Origin: an uncultured Flavobacteriaceae bacterium
GTDB taxonomy: Bacteria > Bacteroidota > Bacteroidia > NS11-12g > UBA955
Direction of reading: 5' to 3'
Length of the DNA stretch: 64,000 nt
Assembly (NCBI GenBank): GCA_964450355.1
Contig: CAYVDH010000001.1
Coordinates: 2,767-66,766, forward strand
The position numbers and the translations under genes are program-made. Under the pieces are notes generated by a model, which made no database searches, was not told where the DNA came from, and saw only the letters and a list, made by a program, of their open reading frames with translations. Below, piece after piece: positions 57,116 to 64,000 of the stretch (positions are counted from its first letter, which is position 1; each line of letters starts with the position of its first letter).

Positions 57116-60064
57116 ATGAATAAAAATTACAAAATCAATCGCTTCTTTTATTTAGCATTGCTGTTTAGTTTTAAAACAGCGCTATTTGGAAACAGCTATA
57201 TTGCTGCATATATAAGCTACCAATACATTGAAACCAACAAATACAAAATTTCACTTCATGCTGTGATGGATTGTAATAAGTATTCATTGACTCAAAATTA
57301 TGAAGCAATTCAAATTTACTCAAAAACGAAATCCATTTCAGTAAATCAAAAATTATTTTTAAATAACACCACGAATTTAAACAAACCAAATTGCAGATTG
57401 AACTGCTCTTACAAATACTCCTTAAAAGAATATGTTTTTGAAGATACTATTGATTTCTCTAGTTCTTCATATGCGGCCTTCTTAAACGCCTCCGCTTGCG
57501 ATATTTATTTAACAACCATCAGCGCCTCTAGGCAAAGCACAACCGAGATCTATTCTAATTTACTGATAGTAAGCAGTTTCATTGACCTTTGTAATCATCC
57601 AAAAAACAATTCTCCTAAAATTACCAACTTGAACCAATTCTTTGCTCAATGCGGTTATCCATATTATTTTCAAAATTTTACTGAAGAAATTGACAACGAT
57701 GATTTTACATTTGAATTACAACCTGTCCTAAATTTTGGCAATAGCCCAGTGGCATATAATACAGGCTTAGATTATAGCTTTCCTTTGAATATTTATTGTC
57801 CTCCGAATATAGGTGTAAACAATTGCAAACCATTACCCAATGCCAAACCGCCAAGAGGATTTTTCATCAACAACAAACAACCTGAGCTTGTATTTACTCC
57901 TGAGGATTGTGACCAAAGTAGTGTAATTTCTATGCGAATTAAAGAATTTAGAAACGATTCAAACGGCAACCCTGTCCAAATTGGATTCATGGATTACCAA
58001 TATTCGGTATTCGTAATCAGTGAAAACAACATTATACCAAGCATCTCTGCTCCCCAAAAAATCAATTTTTGTTCTAACAATTTAAATGAATTTGAAATAC
58101 AACTATTTGATGTTCTTAATTCTCCTCTACAAACTAGTCTTGATGGAATAGATTATCAAATAAACAACTTACCTAAAGGTGCCAAAATCACAACATTAGA
58201 TAGCACTTTATCTAAAGTCACTTTAAAAGTTAGTTTTACCCCATCTGATACTCAAACAACCTCAGAAAGTAAAAAGTTAGAAATACTTGCCTTTGACAAC
58301 AACTGTACAAGCAAATTTCTTACTAGAAAAACGATTGAATACAACATTTATTCAACCGCCAATATTCAACAAAAAATTAGCCCTTTACAATGTTCTAAAA
58401 TTGGATTTAAATCTACCGTAAACAATTCTTCTGTTCAATGGCAGGTTAAGAAAGACAACCAATTATACTACTTAAGCAAATTACTAGCCGATTCAACACT
58501 ATCGTTAAAAGCTGGCAAATATTTTGTATTGAGCAAAAACAATTTAAACAATGGCTGCATCCTACACACAAAAGACAGCATTGACATAAATTACTCATTG
58601 ATACCGACAGCTTACCTTGGGAAAGACACCTTTGTTTGCTATAATGATTCATTGACATTAAATCCAAATATAACCAACGGAAATGCCCCATACAATTACA
58701 AATGGAATAAAGCCCCATTAATTAACAAAAGCACATACACTACCAAAGGTAATAATCAACCCCTCATTGTTGTGATTACTGACAATAATCAATGTAAATT
58801 TAGTGACACTATCAATGTTAAACCCATGCCTGAAATCAATGTTTTTCACAACTATGACAACAAACCAAAATGCAAAGAAGACAGCATAGATATTTTTTAT
58901 TATTCCAACAAAACAAGTGGAGTGTATTATCAATGGAGTACTCCATACATAAATACCTATTCAAGCACTGCCTCTTCATTCAAATTGAGCTCAGATACAA
59001 CTGTACTTATCAAAATAAAAGCAATTGACAGCATTAGCTCTTGTTATGACCAAACAGAATTTTATTACAAAGTAAATACTTCTCCTGTCCTTTCTAAATT
59101 AACAAACCATGAAAAATGTCAAGGCGATAGCATCTCGCTTACGGCAGATTTAAGCTCTAACAAAATCATTAAAACCCAATGGGAATTAGACAATGTCATA
59201 TCATCAAAACCCGAATTTAAATTAATCAACTTAAGCAAATCAAAAACGGTTTACCTAACTTATACTGACTCTGACAATTGTGTTTACACTGACTCTTCTA
59301 TCATCACAGTCTATAAAATAATTAACAAATCGTATCCTGATATCAATGTTTGTAACAACGCAAACGTGAATTTATTTTCAAATGGGTTTGAGCAAATGAA
59401 ACAAGGCAAATGGAATTACCCTCTAACTAAAATAGACTCTAATGGCAACATCAAACTTAGCAAAAACGAAATCATTGACATCGAATACAGCTCTGATTAT
59501 AACCAATGTTATTCGCTTCAAAAAGCAAGGGTATTTGTCAATAAAGACTCAGTGTATGCGACATTAAAAGCTCTAGTTACAGTAGTTAATGATGGACTTT
59601 ATACTGAATTTACTTTTCCTGAATTTGCTAAAAATGGTCACAGTACTTTTTTTGAAATTTATTATGGGAATGGAACGTATTTCAGAACGAGAAAAACTTC
59701 TCAACCTCATTATTACACTTATTTTCCAATGGATAAAGAATATGCAGCTTACATGGTATCATCTTCACAAAAATGCCGTGACACATTTTTCTTAAAACAG
59801 CCTATTTCTATAGATTACCTTTCAACGAACATACAACACCAAGGTGACATTCCAAGCATATACCCTAATCCCACACAAAATACAATCACCATAGAAATTG
59901 AATTCGAAACCGAATATACAATTGCAGATGTATCAGGGAAAATTATAGAAAAAGGAAAACTGCAATCTGGTAAAAACCACATTGATTTAAAAAACAATGG
60001 GATGTATTTTATTACCCTAATTACTGCCAATGGCAACTACAGATACAAAGTAATAAAAAATTAA
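57116..60064 (+). CDS. Large Cys-rich secreted/adhesin-like protein with T9SS C-terminal sorting domain
   Basis: 982 aa. The C-terminus IYPNPTQNTITIEI...GMYFITLITANGNYRYKVIKN is a T9SS CTD. The central region has repeated Cys-containing modules. Confidence 0.75.
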   Translation: MNKNYKINRFFYLALLFSFKTALFGNSYIAAYISYQYIETNKYKISLHAVMDCNKYSLTQNYEAIQIYSKTKSISVNQKLFLNNTTNLNKPNCRLNCSYKYSLKEYVFEDTIDFSSSSYAAFLNASACDIYLTTISASRQSTTEIYSNLLIVSSFIDLCNHPKNNSPKITNLNQFFAQCGYPYYFQNFTEEIDNDDFTFELQPVLNFGNSPVAYNTGLDYSFPLNIYCPPNIGVNNCKPLPNAKPPRGFFINNKQPELVFTPEDCDQSSVISMRIKEFRNDSNGNPVQIGFMDYQYSVFVISENNIIPSISAPQKINFCSNNLNEFEIQLFDVLNSPLQTSLDGIDYQINNLPKGAKITTLDSTLSKVTLKVSFTPSDTQTTSESKKLEILAFDNNCTSKFLTRKTIEYNIYSTANIQQKISPLQCSKIGFKSTVNNSSVQWQVKKDNQLYYLSKLLADSTLSLKAGKYFVLSKNNLNNGCILHTKDSIDINYSLIPTAYLGKDTFVCYNDSLTLNPNITNGNAPYNYKWNKAPLINKSTYTTKGNNQPLIVVITDNNQCKFSDTINVKPMPEINVFHNYDNKPKCKEDSIDIFYYSNKTSGVYYQWSTPYINTYSSTASSFKLSSDTTVLIKIKAIDSISSCYDQTEFYYKVNTSPVLSKLTNHEKCQGDSISLTADLSSNKIIKTQWELDNVISSKPEFKLINLSKSKTVYLTYTDSDNCVYTDSSIITVYKIINKSYPDINVCNNANVNLFSNGFEQMKQGKWNYPLTKIDSNGNIKLSKNEIIDIEYSSDYNQCYSLQKARVFVNKDSVYATLKALVTVVNDGLYTEFTFPEFAKNGHSTFFEIYYGNGTYFRTRKTSQPHYYTYFPMDKEYAAYMVSSSQKCRDTFFLKQPISIDYLSTNIQHQGDIPSIYPNPTQNTITIEIEFETEYTIADVSGKIIEKGKLQSGKNHIDLKNNGMYFITLITANGNYRYKVIKN

Positions 60065-60564
60065 TTCGTTTTTAATCTTTGTTTTAACCTTTCTAAATAT
60101 TTAATTTTCAATAAAGATTGTTGAGCGTTTTGGTAATCTTTCAAGTTCATGGACTCTTTTAAATGATTACATTCGGTTTGCTCAAATTCTGCTATTTTGT
60201 TTTCTAACAAAGCTATTTTGTTTGACTCATTGCTTTCTAACAAATCAATTTCTTCGTTAATTTCCATCATTTCCATTAAAAAATCTTGAGGTAAACTCAT
60301 GTCATTGATGGCATTGTGTGAACTTAAATCGATGAGGTACTGAGCACAACTGTAATATTGACTTAGAGTTTTGTATGCTTTGTTATTGAATGCAGTTATT
60401 TCAATCGCCTTATTTAAATCTTCAGAATTATCAGCGAAAAAATCTGGATGGTATAACTTTGATTTTTCTATGAACTTTTGCCTCAACAAATCCTTATCAA
60501 TTTCTACAGAATGGGGTAAGCCATAAAAATCAAAATAGTTATTTGTATTTGGTATTTCAATCAC
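60061..60564 (-). CDS. J-domain co-chaperone, HscB-like
   Basis: J-domain with an HPD motif (YFDFYGLPHSVEIDKDLLRQKFIEKSKLYHPD) plus a helical C-terminal domain; 167 aa. Confidence 0.6.
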   Translation of the reverse strand: MIEIPNTNNYFDFYGLPHSVEIDKDLLRQKFIEKSKLYHPDFFADNSEDLNKAIEITAFNNKAYKTLSQYYSCAQYLIDLSSHNAINDMSLPQDFLMEMMEINEEIDLLESNESNKIALLENKIAEFEQTECNHLKESMNLKDYQNAQQSLLKIKYLERLKQRLKTN

Positions 60565-60567
60565 TTG

Positions 60568-61899
60568 TTACAACCGTTGTATTAATCTATAAATATCGTT
60601 ACCGAAAATAAACACCATTAAACTCAGCAATATCACCATTCCAATGATTTGCATTACATGCATGAATTTTTCATTTAATGGTTTTCTCATGATCATTTCA
60701 GCGATTAAAAACATCACATGACCACCATCAAGAGCTGGAATTGGCAACAAATTCATAAAGGCTAAAATCAAACTCAACATGGCTGTTAAAGTCCAAAATC
60801 GCTCCCAAACCCAATCTGAACCGAACATGGATGCAATGCCTATAGGACCTTGCATGCTTTTAGTTGGGTTAATTTTCCCAGAGATTAGTTTTTTAAATCC
60901 AAGGATATTATCTCTTAATGTCTCGTAAGACTTATTGGTTCCTTTGCTTATAGATTGAGTAAATCCATAATGAAGTTGAACAGTATCTTTTATGTAAAAT
61001 ATATCATTGCTAAAACCCATAGTAGCGTCCTTATTTAACCTAATTGTTAAATACAAAGTATCATTTCCTCTTATTGTCCCAACTTTAACTTTTTTATTGG
61101 AATAATTTAATTTTCTTTTTGAAAACTGATGAAAAAACTCAAAAGTAGTATCATTTAATGAAAATAATTTGTCTCCTTTTTTCAATCCTGCCTTATCTGC
61201 TGAATCTTTTGGCATGATAGAATCTACGACACAAGGCATTGCTATATCAATAAACTTAGACCTTTTATCACTCAATTTATCAATCATGTCATCAGGTATT
61301 TTAATTTTTAAATCTTGTTCACCTCTTTTAACATTGTAATGATTTCCTGACTTTAAAAACAACAAAGGTTTACTTATTTCATCAAAATAAGTGATTTTTT
61401 TATCGTTTACAGCATATATTTGGTCACCATCTTGTAATCCTAAATCTTTGCCTAATTGTTCAACAGCTATTCCATAAGTTAATTTATCTACAGGCACTTT
61501 AGTTTCACCATAATACCAAGTATGTAAAATAAATATAAACACCCCTAAAATCACATTCACAATGATACCACCTAACATCACTATCATTCTTTGCCAAGCT
61601 GGTTTGCTTCTAAATTCCCAAGGTTCAGGTGCTTTGTTTAATTGTTCAGTATCCAAACTTTCATCTATCATACCGGCAATTTTCACATATCCTCCCAATG
61701 GCAACCAACCTATGCCATATTCTGTTTCCCCTTTTTTGAACTTAAACAATTTGAAACCCCAAGCATCAAAAAATAAATAAAACTTTTCCACCTTTATACC
61801 GAACATTCTTGCAGCTGCAAAATGACCCCATTCATGCAATGTTACCAATATCGCCAAAGCACATATCATTTGTGCTGCCATTACCAAACCGTTAATCAT
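60568..61899 (-). CDS. rseP: RIP metalloprotease RseP (site-2 protease)
   Basis: The HEWGHF zinc motif lies in the first TM region, followed by PDZ-like central regions and a C-terminal NLLPIPALDGG motif. Confidence 0.9.
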   Translation of the reverse strand: MINGLVMAAQMICALAILVTLHEWGHFAAARMFGIKVEKFYLFFDAWGFKLFKFKKGETEYGIGWLPLGGYVKIAGMIDESLDTEQLNKAPEPWEFRSKPAWQRMIVMLGGIIVNVILGVFIFILHTWYYGETKVPVDKLTYGIAVEQLGKDLGLQDGDQIYAVNDKKITYFDEISKPLLFLKSGNHYNVKRGEQDLKIKIPDDMIDKLSDKRSKFIDIAMPCVVDSIMPKDSADKAGLKKGDKLFSLNDTTFEFFHQFSKRKLNYSNKKVKVGTIRGNDTLYLTIRLNKDATMGFSNDIFYIKDTVQLHYGFTQSISKGTNKSYETLRDNILGFKKLISGKINPTKSMQGPIGIASMFGSDWVWERFWTLTAMLSLILAFMNLLPIPALDGGHVMFLIAEMIMRKPLNEKFMHVMQIIGMVILLSLMVFIFGNDIYRLIQRL

Positions 61900-62007
61900 A
61901 TCTGTTTATAAAAAATTAAGTCGCGAAAATACAGATATTAACAATAGGTTGTACCCTGCATTGTATTATATTGTTTATTTTATCGATGAGTATTTCGCTA
62001 AGTTCAA

Positions 62008-62015
62008 TAACTTTG
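62008..62015 (+). promoter_or_regulatory. Candidate -7 element TAACTTTG, 5 nt before the GTG at 62021
   Basis: It lies inside the longer TTG-initiated ORF-track version, which favours the shorter start. Confidence 0.35.
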
Positions 62016-62020
62016 TAGAG

Positions 62021-63424
62021 GTGAATTACAAAACAATTAACTCAGACGACTTGCAATATTTTACTTCTGTTATAGGAGAAAAAAATTGTTTAAACAACAA
62101 TGAAATTCTTTATCAATACAGCAAAGATTACACAGAAGACTTAAGTTATCTCCCCTCTGTTGTCTTAATTCCAGAGAGCAAAGAACAAATAAGCGAACTC
62201 ATGAAACATTGTTATCAAGAATGCATCCCTGTATCGGTAAGAGGCGCAGGCACAGGATTAAGTGGGAGTTGCTTACCTACTCATGGCGGTGTGGTTTTGA
62301 GCATGGAAAAGTTAAACAAAATACTGTCTATTGATACTGAAAATTTTCAAGCCCAAGTTCAACCTGGTGTCATCAACGAACAATTGCAAATGGCTGTTCA
62401 AGAATTAGGGTTGTTTTATCCACCCGACCCTGCTAGCAAAGGCAGTTGTACCTTGGGTGGCAATGTAGCACACAGCAGTGGTGGCCCTCGTTGTGTAAAA
62501 TATGGAACAACTAGGGATTTTATATTGAATTTAGAAGTGGTGTTGCCTAACGGTGACATCATCGAAACAGGAGCCAATGTGTTAAAAAACTCAACTGCAT
62601 ACAATTTAACTCAATTATTTGTTGGTAGCGAAGGCACCCTTGGTATAGTGACAAAAATAACACTCAAACTTATCCCATTCCCAAAATTTCGCGCTCTGTT
62701 ATTGTGCAGCTTTTACAGCCCTGAAAAAGCATGTCAAACAGTCCCTAAAATATTGCAATCGGGTGTTATTCCTTCGTGTTTGGAATTCATAGACCGCAAA
62801 GGATTTGATTTATCCATCACCCACAACCAAATACCATTTTCTTTACTAGACAACGAAAAGGCTTTCTTATTGATTGAAGTAGATGCCTTTAGTCATGATG
62901 ATTTATTTCCTCAAATGGAAAAAATAAATGAAGTATTGTCCGAAAACGAGGTGATAAATGTGTTGCCAGCTGATGACAGCAATAACATGGAGAAATTTTG
63001 GAAAATTAGACGAAGCATAGGTGAAGTGGTAAAAAAACAAAGCATATACAAGGAAGAAGACACTGTAGTTCCTAGAATTCATTTAACAGATATATACAAC
63101 AAAGTGAATGAATTAAGCATTAAATATGGATTTGAAGCAGTTTGTTATGGACATGCAGGTGATGGAAATTTACACATCAACATTTTAAAAAACAACTTAT
63201 CAGAAGAACAATGGAATAATGAATTACCAATTGCTATCAGAGAATTATTTACAGAATGCAAAAAATACGGAGGCACAATAAGTGGCGAACATGGCATAGG
63301 CTTGGTACAAAAACCATATTTAGATATTGTTTTCAATCATTCTCATTTTCAGCTATTTAAAGGGATTAAATACACGTTTGACCCTAAAAACATTTTGAAT
63401 CCGGGTAAAATATTTGATATTTGA
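62021..63424 (+). CDS. FAD-linked oxidase (GlcD / D-lactate dehydrogenase family)
   Basis: FAD-binding PCMH-type region (VSVRGAGTGLSGS) and C-terminus GEHGIGLVQKPY. The start is uncertain (GTG 62021, or TTG 61949/61961). Confidence 0.8.
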   Translation: MNYKTINSDDLQYFTSVIGEKNCLNNNEILYQYSKDYTEDLSYLPSVVLIPESKEQISELMKHCYQECIPVSVRGAGTGLSGSCLPTHGGVVLSMEKLNKILSIDTENFQAQVQPGVINEQLQMAVQELGLFYPPDPASKGSCTLGGNVAHSSGGPRCVKYGTTRDFILNLEVVLPNGDIIETGANVLKNSTAYNLTQLFVGSEGTLGIVTKITLKLIPFPKFRALLLCSFYSPEKACQTVPKILQSGVIPSCLEFIDRKGFDLSITHNQIPFSLLDNEKAFLLIEVDAFSHDDLFPQMEKINEVLSENEVINVLPADDSNNMEKFWKIRRSIGEVVKKQSIYKEEDTVVPRIHLTDIYNKVNELSIKYGFEAVCYGHAGDGNLHINILKNNLSEEQWNNELPIAIRELFTECKKYGGTISGEHGIGLVQKPYLDIVFNHSHFQLFKGIKYTFDPKNILNPGKIFDI

Positions 63425-63427
63425 AAC

Positions 63428-63805
63428 ATGAAATTAAAATTAACTACCATTACTTTCCTATGTTTAAGCCTTTTTATTTACCAAGCTTGTAAAGAAAAGG
63501 AAAAAGAAACTCCTACAACAACAAACAATACACCTGTAGATAGCTGTAAAATAAAAAATTACACTTACAATAACACCATCAGTTCTATCATCAGCAATAA
63601 TTGTACTAACAGTTGCCATAAACCAGGTCAAAATGCATCTAATTTTGACATGACTAATTATAACAATTTAAAAACTCAAGCAGAAAAAGATGCTTTTTTG
63701 AACCGATTAAAAAGCACTTCAAGCCCAATGCCTCCAACGGGAAAACTAAACGATAGCATCATCAAAAAAATTGAATGCTGGAAATCTAGTGGATACGTAA
63801 ACTAA
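63428..63805 (+). CDS. Small lipoprotein with a cytochrome-c-like C(x3)CH segment
   Basis: Lipobox LFIYQAC. The segment ISNNCTNSCHKPG ... SSPMPPTG ... IECWKSSGY resembles planctomycete-type cytochrome c domains but has 3 rather than 2 residues between the Cys. Confidence 0.4.
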   Translation: MKLKLTTITFLCLSLFIYQACKEKEKETPTTTNNTPVDSCKIKNYTYNNTISSIISNNCTNSCHKPGQNASNFDMTNYNNLKTQAEKDAFLNRLKSTSSPMPPTGKLNDSIIKKIECWKSSGYVN

Positions 63806-63888
63806 AAAGACATTGTGAATAAAACTAACTATATTGTTAATATAGGAAGTAATTAGGGATTTACTTTCGCATCTAAATTAGTAATTAG

Positions 63889-64000
63889 ATGAAATTTATT
63901 GTATCAGCTCCAGAATTATTGGAACACCTCTTAAAAGTTAGCGGTGCTATTGTGTCTAAACCTGTATTACCTATTTTAGATAATTTTTTATTTGAAATAA
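63889..64000 (+). CDS. dnaN: DNA polymerase III beta subunit (sliding clamp), 5' fragment running off the window
   Basis: MKFIVSAPELLEHLLKVSGAIVSKPVLPILDNFLFEI is a typical DnaN N-terminus. Confidence 0.85.
   Translation, partial: MKFIVSAPELLEHLLKVSGAIVSKPVLPILDNFLFEI

Overview
This is a visibly AT-rich chromosomal segment that reads as Bacteroidota, probably a Flavobacteriia/Cytophagia-like lineage. The grounds are three cargo proteins with type IX secretion (T9SS) C-terminal sorting domains, parA-parB followed by a DUF5683-type gene, many TAnnTTTG (-7) promoter motifs, and almost no Shine-Dalgarno sequences.

Most of the window is core housekeeping: maf, proS, parAB, suhB, mdh, pgk, polyprenyl synthase-lolE, trmB, a natAB-like ABC exporter, glyQS, an ECF sigma factor, a ppiD-like chaperone, an ABC-F ATPase, crcB, an M13 peptidase, ssb, rseP, an FAD oxidase and the 5' end of dnaN. 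There is also a complete aa3-type cytochrome c oxidase locus. It consists of ctaC-ctaD plus a separate co-directional array: ctaA-cyoE-coxIII-coxIII-coxIV-SCO-DUF420-small CxxC protein-DUF983.

Non-core content:
- A self-contained hipBA-like toxin-antitoxin module sits between pgk and the polyprenyl synthase gene.
- A small decayed, cassette-like islet lies at about 53.3-55.7 kb.
- Two genes are interrupted by a single in-frame TAA.
- An extreme Tyr/Gly/Asn/Ser low-complexity lipoprotein gene is paired with a FadL/PorV-like barrel gene.
- A composite non-coding repeat (a 60-bp unit twice, plus 27 heptanucleotide units) follows that pair.

I recognised no rRNA, tRNA, CRISPR array, transposase, integrase or reverse transcriptase. 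Family names come from motif recognition by eye and memory; no database search was possible. The items I consider most worth a second look are the low-complexity lipoprotein/barrel pair with its adjacent repeat, the uncharacterised small CxxC and DUF983 genes at the tail of the oxidase-biogenesis array, the motif-bracketed cassettes near 54 kb, and the two in-frame TAA interruptions.
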